The translations under genes were made by a program, and so were the position numbers. From NCBI GenBank assembly GCA_965223845.1, contig CBDCXR010000004.1:5664001-5728000 (forward strand): a stretch of 64,000 nt of DNA, in the 5' to 3' direction. Within the stretch, counting starts at the first letter, position 1, and the number at the start of each line of letters is the position of its first letter. Below are positions 49,177 to 57,400 of this stretch, in pieces. The notes under the pieces were generated by a model. That model ran no database searches and had not been told where the DNA came from. It saw only the letters and a program-made list of their open reading frames with translations. The stretch comes from Planctomycetota bacterium (GTDB taxonomy: Bacteria > Planctomycetota > UBA8108 > SXIK01).

Positions 49177-49864
49177 CGGAGTCCTCGTCGTCGGGTCGAA
49201 GGGACCGGAAGGAAACGGCCGAAAGGTGGGTGGTCTCGGGAAAGACCGGTACGCCCGCGGACCTCGCCGGGGCGGGTTCGAAACTCCCGCAGAGCTTGCC
49301 CAGATTCCTGCTGAGATTCTACTCCGCCGCCGGATGGCGCGGGCGTCCGTTCGCGACACGAATGTCGCGCCGGTTACCGGGTTCGCACCGCACCGCTCGT
49401 CCTAACAGCGCACGTCCTTGTCGCATCGGGTCTTACGACGACCTCGAACGCCGTTCGGACGGAGCTAGTCGAAGGATCCGAACCAGCTCGGCGTGAGCAT
49501 AGCACAGTCGCGCGGGGACTCAACTGTTGCGCGGCGCGCGGGGGAATCGCCGAGCGGCTGCTATCCGCCGCGCGAAAGTCATGAACGCGCGATTGCCGTT
49601 CGCGAGCCGGACTGCGTGCCGGTCGACCTCGGAGAGAAGAGGGAATACGGATTTCCCGTGTCATCTCCAGCTTCGTCGTTCTTCAGACCCTGTAGACGAC
49701 CGTATATCCGGGTCACGACGCGTTCGAAAAGCGATCGGATCTTCAGTTTTCTGCAGCCGGTGAAGTGCCGGTCGCGTTCGGTGGAGGCGGTCGCGACATT
49801 CATTCGGGAGGCGGCGTGGGGTCGCTTCTGATCTCGGTCCGTCCTGACGGAAGGAGCCCATCCA

Positions 49865-50812
49865 ATGTTCGATGTCAGAGATCTAGGAGTCACCGTGTTG
49901 CCGGGCATGGGTTGCGGGGGATTTACCTGTCTCGGAGGCTCGTGTCTCGCGGGGAGTTGTCCGGGCGGTAGCTGTCCGGGAGGAACCTGCCAGAACGCGA
50001 CCTGCTTCGCGACGTGCGTCGGATTCACCTGCCTAGGCGCGACGCAAGGGTGTGCGCAGGCGACCTGCCCTGGAGGCAGTTTGTGCATCCAGCCATCGCA
50101 TTGCGCCCCGCCGACGTTCTGCGCTCAGCCTACGCACTGCGCGCAGCCCACACATTGCGCGTCACCCACGTTTTGCGCGCCACCGACTTCGTGTGCCCAG
50201 CCGACACTTTGTGTCCGACCGACGGTCTGCACCGATCCAACCCTCTGCGTCCAGCCGACGCACTGCAAACAGCCGACGGTGTGTTCCGATCCGACGCTCT
50301 GTATCGAGCCAACCCGCTGCGCGCCGCCCACCTCGTGCTCCGATCCGACGTTCTGCATCCAGCCCACGGTGTGTCCCGACCCCACGGTCTGCATACAGCC
50401 AACGCGATGCGCGCAGCCGACGATGTGTCCCGATCCGACGCTCTGTCTCACTCCCACCCACTGCAAGCAGTTCACGATCTGCACTCAACCCTCTCTCTGT
50501 CCTCGCCCGTCGATCTGCATCGAGCCGACGCTCGATTGCCCGGCAGCCAGCGTTCGGTGCCCGGGAGGCACGTGTGAGTTCGGCAGCGTTTGCGGCGGTG
50601 GAAGCTGCGCCGGAGGATCGGTGTTGACTGCCGACCCGAGCCGAATCGCGAGCCTCGACGAGCTCAAGTCCGAGCTCCAGCGAACACTGGCTCGAATCGA
50701 AGAAGTCGAGGCGCGAGAGCCGGATAGCGTCGACGAGATCGATGCCCGTATCGAAGGATTACAGGTTGAGATCGATCGCCTGAAGCAACTCCGCCAGGAA
50801 CTCGAACGATGA
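49865..50812 (+). CDS. giant Cys/Thr/Ser-repeat RiPP (lanthipeptide-like) precursor with C-terminal coiled-coil follower
   Basis: AAGGAG RBS 49851-49856; 41 Cys, 40 of them followed by S/T at +4; first gene of an operon with a lyase and a kinase-LanC. Confidence 0.8.
   Translation: MFDVRDLGVTVLPGMGCGGFTCLGGSCLAGSCPGGSCPGGTCQNATCFATCVGFTCLGATQGCAQATCPGGSLCIQPSHCAPPTFCAQPTHCAQPTHCASPTFCAPPTSCAQPTLCVRPTVCTDPTLCVQPTHCKQPTVCSDPTLCIEPTRCAPPTSCSDPTFCIQPTVCPDPTVCIQPTRCAQPTMCPDPTLCLTPTHCKQFTICTQPSLCPRPSICIEPTLDCPAASVRCPGGTCEFGSVCGGGSCAGGSVLTADPSRIASLDELKSELQRTLARIEEVEAREPDSVDEIDARIEGLQVEIDRLKQLRQELER
50084..50533 (+). repeat. 18-bp-period coding repeat, 25 hexads C-x-x-P-[T/S]-x
   Basis: CIQPSH CAPPTF CAQPTH ... 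CPRPSI CIEPTL run without a break; one unit, CKQFTI, has F instead of P. Confidence 0.92.
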
Positions 50813-51993
50813 CGAGCGTCGAGACGTTCGAGTCGGCACGGCTCCGCTCCGCGCGATTTCGCGCGAATCCGGATTATTCGCTCGTGCCGTTCGATCGGCT
50901 CGACGGGTCGGAGCGCGGCTCCCTTGAGGAGCTGCGCCCCGACCCGGAATTCTATGGCGTGATGAAGCCGGTCGAGGGGTCGCGAGGGAACGTCAAGAGA
51001 GTCGACCCGCACACTGCGCTTCTTCTTCTGACGCTCGACGATCCCGGCGGACTACCCAGCTACGTTCTCGCCCGTTTGGGCGAAGATCTAAGGCCTGTTG
51101 CACAGCTCTTGCTTGAGGGCCTACTCGAGATCGAACGAAACGGGATCTTCGTAAGTGGTCCGGAGAGCCTCGACGGACTTCGTTCGGGAACGAAGCTCTC
51201 TCGTCCGATTCGGTCCTTCCTCGCGGCTCTCTCGGAGCGCGCGGTCCGACTCGCTCAGGACTTGCCGACTTCGGACGCCCAGAAGATCGCAGCTCGTCTT
51301 TATATGTACCACCGGCTCCCCGCCACATCGCGCTGGCGCGACGAACTGGGAAACGACGAGGGAGTCGAGAAGGCGCTCGGGCTCGATCGAAATTCAGTGC
51401 GCCACCTGCTCAACCGGCATTGGCAGCGAATCGATACGCCTCCACCGAACGACCATTGGCTCGCCTGGTCGGCCGCACCAGCGCGTGCTCAGAGACCGAC
51501 CCAGGGCCCGACCTACAAATTGTACGTAAGTCCTCACCCCGACGACCTAGGTGAGGTATTCGAACGCACGGTGGAGATCTTGACCGAACAGAACGTGCAG
51601 TCGTTCAAGATCGGTCGCGATACGGGAGGACTCCTCAGGCCTGACAAATTCGTCGCGTACTTCTGGGATCGCGCGCAGCTCTTCGAGACCGGAGAGCGAA
51701 CTGCCGCAGCTCTCAGCGGATTTCGCGCGCACGGCGTCCCGTTCACCGCCGCTCTCGACGATCGGGGCATGGTCTCGTGGGGAGTTGATCCCGACCGGCC
51801 GGAGTTTCAAGTGCGGTGGCTCTCGGACGAAAGCTGGAGACTACGTGTCACACGGCGGCTCGCGACCGCACTCGTAGATTGCCGAGACGCGCCGAGTGGC
51901 GCGATGGAACCGTGGGAGTTCGCCCTCGAGCGCGTGCGTCTCGAAGGGATCGACGTCGATACCTGGACGCCCGAGGAGGCGAAGAACCAGTGA
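50809..51993 (+). CDS. HopA1/OspF-like phospho-Ser/Thr lyase (stand-alone lanthipeptide lyase, LanY-like)
   Basis: YKLYVSP ... FKIG ... RPDKFVAYF ... VPFT ... ESW resembles the K-x-H/Y-x-S, FK, K-F-x-x-Y lyase signature; ATGA overlap with the precursor stop. Confidence 0.68.
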   Translation: MTSVETFESARLRSARFRANPDYSLVPFDRLDGSERGSLEELRPDPEFYGVMKPVEGSRGNVKRVDPHTALLLLTLDDPGGLPSYVLARLGEDLRPVAQLLLEGLLEIERNGIFVSGPESLDGLRSGTKLSRPIRSFLAALSERAVRLAQDLPTSDAQKIAARLYMYHRLPATSRWRDELGNDEGVEKALGLDRNSVRHLLNRHWQRIDTPPPNDHWLAWSAAPARAQRPTQGPTYKLYVSPHPDDLGEVFERTVEILTEQNVQSFKIGRDTGGLLRPDKFVAYFWDRAQLFETGERTAAALSGFRAHGVPFTAALDDRGMVSWGVDPDRPEFQVRWLSDESWRLRVTRRLATALVDCRDAPSGAMEPWEFALERVRLEGIDVDTWTPEEAKNQ

Positions 51994-54365
51994 CTTCCCC
52001 TGACACGACGTACGTCCTACCGCCCGACGTGTTGGTGATTCCGGCCGGAGACCTCGACGGCGATGTGCGCTCGCGGATGGAGATGAGCGACCGAGAATTC
52101 GCTCTGACACGCCCTCGGGCGCGGATTCCATCCAAAGTCGTCGATGCAGACACCGCTCGCCTACTCGAGCAGTTTCGGGAGCCAAGCTCGATCGTGGAAG
52201 CGGTCGTGCGGTATTCCACGCCACGCCACCTCGATTCGGAGCACGTGCTCGAGGCGGCTTATCCTATGCTCCGGGGCTTGACCGAGGCTCGTTTACTCCT
52301 GCGCGACGGCGAGGAGGGTAGCGAACCCATCGAAGCCGCTTTTCATCCGGGCGATCGCTTCGCGGGATTCGAGGTTCTCCGCCTCGTCCACGTATTCGAG
52401 GACACCGAACTCTACCGTGCGCGCCAATCCACCGGACAGGAGGTCGCGTTGAAACTCGCGCGTCCGCCTCATGCCGATACGATGCGCTCGGCACTTCAGC
52501 GTGAGGCCGCCCTTCTCGAGGGGCTCGCCAATGCGGCAACGCCCGGCGTCGTCGCCTTCGGAGAGGAGGACGGACGTCCGTATCTTGCGTTGGAGTGGAT
52601 CGACGGAGTACCTCTCGCGCAAGCCGCCCACTCGCTGCGCGGCGGTGCGTCCGCGCGCGCTCATCTTCTCGACCTCGCTGTCCGCGTCGTCGAGACGTAC
52701 GCCGAACTCCACGCCGCGCACGTGCTTCACTCGGACGTGCACCCGGGAAACGTGCTCGTGGACAAAGCCGGGTCCGTCGTACTTCTCGACTTCGGACTCA
52801 GCCGCCGAACCATCGCCGGGGATCCTCTCGCTTCTGCCGGACGCGGGGGAATCTCGACCTACTTCGAGCCGGAATACGCCGCAGCCGTCCTCAACGGACA
52901 GACCGTCCCGCCTTCCACCGCGGAAGGTGAGCAATTCAGCGTCGCGGCGCTCGTCTACTCCGTGCTGTGCGGACAGTCGTATGTCAACTTTCCTTTCCAT
53001 CAGCGCGACTTGCTAAGGGCGATCGTCGAACAGCCCGTTCGGGCATTCAGTGACTGGGGTCAGGAACCTTGGTCGGACGTCGAGTCCGTCCTCTCGCGAG
53101 CTCTAGCGAAGTCCCCGGCGGACCGCTTTCCCTCCATGGCTGCATTCGCTGACGCGCTAGGAGCAGCGCGTTCGACGACGAAGATCCGAAGAACGGGAAA
53201 CGATCTGGAGAGCGAGGTCCAGGCAACGGCGGAAGAAATCGTCGCTCGCACGGTGGAGCGGGCTCGGCCGAACGGCGAACTCGGTCGCACCGGCTTCATC
53301 GAGCCGCCCCGAAGCTCGGTGAACTTTGGGGCCGCTGGCCTCGCCTACGCGCTCCTACGCATGGCGACGATCCGCGAAGACGGAGAGTTGCTCGCCCTCG
53401 CGGATTATTGGTCTGCCCGCGCGGTTCAAGACTCAGAGCGCGACGGCGCGTTCTACAATCCTCAACTCGATCTCCCGCGAGAGATACTCGGGTCCAACAC
53501 GCTCTACCACACAGCCTCGGGTGTATGGCTCGTCCGAGCCTTGGTGGCTAGAGCGCAGCTCGATCAAACCGAGCTCAACGCGGCGCTTCAGTCGTTCGGG
53601 CAAGCGGCGAACACCGAGACCGACAACTTGGACGTCGCCCTCGGCCAAGCAGGGATCATTCTCGGCTGCGCCTTGCTGGCCGAGGTGGAAACCGACGTCG
53701 CCGGGCTACGGGAGTTCGGTGACGGTCGCGTCACCGCGTTGTGGAGAACGCTCGAGGGCGCGAGCCCGAGGCGACGCGAAGAGCGTCGGCTCAACCTCGG
53801 AATGGCGCACGGCTGGGCCGGAGTGCTTTTCGCCACTCTACGTTGGGCTCGAGCCGTGGGAGCTCAACTCCCGGCCGGGTTCGAAGCGAATCTCGGAGAG
53901 CTGGTCGACTGCGGCATTCCGGCGGGCGACGGGATGCGTTGGCCTTGGTTCGACGGAGGTTCTCCGAACCGGTCAAGCTCGATGGTCGGCTGGTGTAACG
54001 GGAGCGCTGGTTTCGTATTCCTTTGGTCCCTCGCGAGTCGGCATTGGCCCGACGGCCGCTGGCTCGAACTCGCTCGAAGAACGGCTCAACACGCGTTCGA
54101 CGGTCGAGATGGTGCGGTCAGCCTGTGCTGCGGCGCCCTCGGCAGCGCGTGGGCGATGCTCGATCTCGCTCGCGCGGGGGGAGGAGACGAGTGGGTCAAG
54201 CGTGCTCAAGAGCTCTTTCTGCTCGCGGCCGCACGAGCGGACCAACTCCAAGACCAGCGGGACAGCCTGTACAAGGGCGAGTTGGCGCTCGCTCTTCTGG
54301 CCGCCGAGATCTTGCGCCCCGAAGACGCATGTATGCCCATGTTCGGTGAACTAGAGCCGCATTGA
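51990..54365 (+). CDS. Ser/Thr kinase - LanC-like lanthionine cyclase fusion
   Basis: GTGA overlap with the upstream stop. Kinase VALK, HSDVHPGN, DFG, YFEPE. LanC repeats GAAG, GQAG, GMAHGWAG, GWCNGSAG, LCCGALG, SLYKG. Confidence 0.88.
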   Translation: MTSPDTTYVLPPDVLVIPAGDLDGDVRSRMEMSDREFALTRPRARIPSKVVDADTARLLEQFREPSSIVEAVVRYSTPRHLDSEHVLEAAYPMLRGLTEARLLLRDGEEGSEPIEAAFHPGDRFAGFEVLRLVHVFEDTELYRARQSTGQEVALKLARPPHADTMRSALQREAALLEGLANAATPGVVAFGEEDGRPYLALEWIDGVPLAQAAHSLRGGASARAHLLDLAVRVVETYAELHAAHVLHSDVHPGNVLVDKAGSVVLLDFGLSRRTIAGDPLASAGRGGISTYFEPEYAAAVLNGQTVPPSTAEGEQFSVAALVYSVLCGQSYVNFPFHQRDLLRAIVEQPVRAFSDWGQEPWSDVESVLSRALAKSPADRFPSMAAFADALGAARSTTKIRRTGNDLESEVQATAEEIVARTVERARPNGELGRTGFIEPPRSSVNFGAAGLAYALLRMATIREDGELLALADYWSARAVQDSERDGAFYNPQLDLPREILGSNTLYHTASGVWLVRALVARAQLDQTELNAALQSFGQAANTETDNLDVALGQAGIILGCALLAEVETDVAGLREFGDGRVTALWRTLEGASPRRREERRLNLGMAHGWAGVLFATLRWARAVGAQLPAGFEANLGELVDCGIPAGDGMRWPWFDGGSPNRSSSMVGWCNGSAGFVFLWSLASRHWPDGRWLELARRTAQHAFDGRDGAVSLCCGALGSAWAMLDLARAGGGDEWVKRAQELFLLAAARADQLQDQRDSLYKGELALALLAAEILRPEDACMPMFGELEPH

Positions 54366-54731
54366 GAAGCGGTTGCGTCGTCCGATTCTGAACGCAATTT
54401 GTTGGCCGACGATGGCGATCGTGAAGACGTACTCGCACTCTACCTCGACCCGTCCCACCCCATCCCCGTGTTCTCGACCTCCAAGACACTCGTCTCGGAA
54501 TCGACGACCGCGTTGACGATCTCGAAACGTCGAGCACGGTGTGAATCGCACTGCGCTGCGGGGCGGATTGAGTCGCCGATCGCCTTCGTCCTCGTTCAAC
54601 CGGCAGAGAGCAAAGTCGCTCGTTCGTGCCCATCGAAGTGCTCCGCCGGGATCGCCGCGAAGACGTAATTCCATCGCGGTGCAAGCCCGGTCTTTCCGCC
54701 TCGCAATCGAGCGCCCAGGAGGTCGGTCTCG

Positions 54732-55781
54732 TCATCGTCCTCTTTCAACCGCATCCCGATACCGCTCGACCCACGCCGCCAGCCGCCGCCCGGGACAGGT
54801 CGTCGCGCCGAGACCGTGCTCGTGGCGCACCTCCGCGTGAGTGAACACGCGCGCGCGTGAAATCGAATGCTCCTCCCGAAGCGCATCGATCAGTCGCTCG
54901 AGCGAGTTCGCCTGGGCGAGAGTGAGCTTCTGTCGGTCGAAGCTCCCGAGAACGAGAACGCCGAGATTGTGCTCGTTCGCACCCGACCCTGCGTGTGCGC
55001 CGACCGAGCGCTCTTCGCGGCCCTCCCAGATGCGACCGGCTCGGTCGACGACGTAGTGATATCCGATATCGACCCACTTCCGCATCTGCTGATGGTTCTT
55101 CTGGACCGAAAGAAGAAGCGCCGCGGTTTCATTCTTGTCGCTCGTCTCAACGGGTTCGTCCCCGAAGTGGTGGATCGTGATTCGATCGGCGCCGTCGAGA
55201 GCTCCGGTCGGCGCGGTCGGCTTCCGCGCGCGCCAACTCTCTCTCGCGAGAATCTCGACTGCGCCTTTTCGGATGACCGGTGGTTCCGTTTCCGAAGCGT
55301 CCGACGAGACCTGCCTTCGCGGCGGCTCGGCGGGATCGCGATGCGTCTCGACGACATAGAAGGTCACCGCGATAGCGGCGACGAGTGCGAGCGGGACGAG
55401 AGCCAGGGGAGAGGGAGGACGACCGCGTCCGAGATCTGCCGAGGAAGACGGTTCGATCGGAGCTCGAACCGACGCCGAACCTCCGGACGCGCGGGCAACA
55501 CTCGTCGGCTCGGCGGGGAGGTCGGCTCGAGACGGTTCCTTCTCCCCACTTTCGTCCGCGGGATCCGGGTACGCACACACGGAATCCTCTCGCTCCCGAC
55601 GGGACAGTCCCCCGCCGGTCTCCTCTTGTTCCCTCACCTCGACTCCCTCGCGGCTCCACTTTGCTCGCGGCCCTCGGACGGGACGCGCGGCACCGATTGT
55701 ACTCCGGCGAAAGGAATCTCGAAGAGGGGATCGAAATCGCGAATGCTCGCGCCCGCCGAGAGACCCGACCGGAGTGGTCAC
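54732..55781 (-). CDS. membrane-anchored N-acetylmuramoyl-L-alanine amidase (PGRP/Amidase_2 type)
   Basis: RESWRA, ITIHH, DIGYHY, GRIWEGR, GAHA, FTH, TTCPG and one TM segment. Start uncertain. Confidence 0.85.
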   Translation of the reverse strand: MTTPVGSLGGREHSRFRSPLRDSFRRSTIGAARPVRGPRAKWSREGVEVREQEETGGGLSRREREDSVCAYPDPADESGEKEPSRADLPAEPTSVARASGGSASVRAPIEPSSSADLGRGRPPSPLALVPLALVAAIAVTFYVVETHRDPAEPPRRQVSSDASETEPPVIRKGAVEILARESWRARKPTAPTGALDGADRITIHHFGDEPVETSDKNETAALLLSVQKNHQQMRKWVDIGYHYVVDRAGRIWEGREERSVGAHAGSGANEHNLGVLVLGSFDRQKLTLAQANSLERLIDALREEHSISRARVFTHAEVRHEHGLGATTCPGRRLAAWVERYRDAVERGR

Positions 55782-56099
55782 TGAAGTCGGGATCGCGCGA
55801 GGCTTCAGCTGGACGGCTGCCGCTTTTCTACGTACGATGCTGCTTAGTTGTGTGTGTTTGAGCGGTCCCTTCGAACGACGCGTCGCCGCGAGGCGCGCTG
55901 AAGCCGGATCGCTTCACCGGAGTTCGCGAATGAGGGGCGATCGATGATGCGCACTCGACGGGAGCGCCGTAGGCCGATGCCCTCGCTCTCGGCAAACGCA
56001 GTGGTGTTCGTCTAGGAATCATCCGGCACGGCGGAGGTGGGATGCGGTGTGTGGGTCCCACGATCGCCTCGTGCGCAGGAAGCTACGTGGGATGGCAAC

Positions 56100-57362
56100 A
56101 TGACCGACATCTATCAGGCGATCTGGGACGCGGATCAGGCGGAGAACGGCATTCGACCGATTCTCGATACCGACGACGGCGACGACGCATCCGGGTTCGT
56201 CTCGGTCAACAGCCGACTTTCGGCTGACGACCCGGCTCTCCGCGTTCTTCCTGAAGCGGTGATTCCGCCTTCGAAGCGACCGACCTACGACCTCTGTCTC
56301 CAGCTCTTCGACAACTACGCACTCCGCGAGCGCGACGAAGAGATCGAGACCCCCGCCGAACGGGAAGAAGTGCACGAGCTCGTTCAGGCCATGATCGAGA
56401 CCGCGCCCATGGAGGTCGCGCGCGAGTACGTCGCGACCCAGACGGGCACGGGCGTCAGCCGGGAGCGCTGGTACACGACGATCATGGAGATGTGGTTCCG
56501 ACGCTTCACGATGGGAGGCGATCCGGACCTAAGCGGCTTCGAGCACGTCGTCGTCGGAGAGCAAGAGGGCTCGAAAGCGCAGGGCTATCACTTTTGGTAC
56601 AAGTACTATCTCGACGACGGTTTCGCCGGGGAGCTCGACGGCGATCACTCGGACGATTTCCCCAATCTTCCGAACGATCGCATCGCGTATTTGGGATCGC
56701 GAATGGCCACGGGACAGAGGCAGTTCCCGGAGACGGTCACCATTTCGTACCGCTGGCTCGCGCCCGACTACGACCGCGGCGCGATGAGGCCGCTCACGAA
56801 ACCGACGGGCGGATTCTTCGTGGGCTGCAGCGTGGAGGGACTGCTCGCGATCGGGACGATCCGCGCGCACCGCGGCGTCCAGGCGCCCACCAAGGCTGTG
56901 ATCAACGGGGCGAAGTACTCGCTCGCGATGTACACGAGCCAAAACGGACGACACGTTCGAACCTTCTATCCGAAGTTCCTCGGAGAGGCCCCGGCGCCCG
57001 GCGATGAAGGCGGCGGAGTCGTTCCCCCGGTTCGTGCTGTCGAGAGCGTGCGGCTCGTCGCCGCCCTCGTCAATCCCGAAGGACACGACCCCGGTCTCGA
57101 GACGGTGACCCTGCTCAATCGCTCGGCGAGCCCGGTGTCGATCGAAGGCTGGAGCGTCGTCGATCGAAATCAGCGCGCGACGACGCTCGGGGGAACGATC
57201 GGCCCCGGCGACGCCGTTCGCGTTCGTCTCGACGGTCGGGGCGCGCAGCTCTCGAACTCGGGCGGAGAGATTCGGCTCCGCGATGCCTCGGGGACCACGA
57301 TCCACTTCGTCACGTATTCCCGAGCCCAGGCGCGAAAGCAGGGCACGACCATCGTTTTCTGA
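56100..57362 (+). CDS. EndoU (XendoU-like) endoribonuclease with C-terminal lamin-tail-like domain
   Basis: IWDAD, SGFEHVVVGE, GYHFW, KPTGGFFVGCS; C-terminal NPEGHD..ETVTLLN..GW...LSNSGGEIRL. Confidence 0.8.
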   Translation: MTDIYQAIWDADQAENGIRPILDTDDGDDASGFVSVNSRLSADDPALRVLPEAVIPPSKRPTYDLCLQLFDNYALRERDEEIETPAEREEVHELVQAMIETAPMEVAREYVATQTGTGVSRERWYTTIMEMWFRRFTMGGDPDLSGFEHVVVGEQEGSKAQGYHFWYKYYLDDGFAGELDGDHSDDFPNLPNDRIAYLGSRMATGQRQFPETVTISYRWLAPDYDRGAMRPLTKPTGGFFVGCSVEGLLAIGTIRAHRGVQAPTKAVINGAKYSLAMYTSQNGRHVRTFYPKFLGEAPAPGDEGGGVVPPVRAVESVRLVAALVNPEGHDPGLETVTLLNRSASPVSIEGWSVVDRNQRATTLGGTIGPGDAVRVRLDGRGAQLSNSGGEIRLRDASGTTIHFVTYSRAQARKQGTTIVF

Positions 57363-57400
57363 TCGAAACACGGCAAGCGAAACCCGGTGGGAGGTTCTCC

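Noticed and set aside
49272-49290. GCGGG-TTCGAAACT-CCCGC resembling a tRNA T-arm or att-site remnant beside the RiPP cluster
   Set aside because: The loop is 9 nt, there is no cloverleaf or CCA, I saw no matching repeat at the other flank, and there is no integrase.
50084-50533. Regular short-period repeat considered as a CRISPR array or non-coding VNTR
   Set aside because: The period is 18 bp with no spacers, and conservation is at amino-acid level with synonymous variation, so it is a coding repeat.
49865-50812. Metallothionein or ferredoxin interpretation of the Cys-rich ORF
   Set aside because: There is no CC or CxC clustering, Cys is paired almost 1:1 with S/T at +4, and the gene is coupled to kinase/LanC enzymes. 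Metal binding is kept only as a secondary hypothesis.
54351-54674. Small ORFs downstream of the kinase-LanC gene as a second precursor or immunity gene
   Set aside because: No RBS, no CxxxS/T pattern, no TM segments and no consistent coding signal on either strand.
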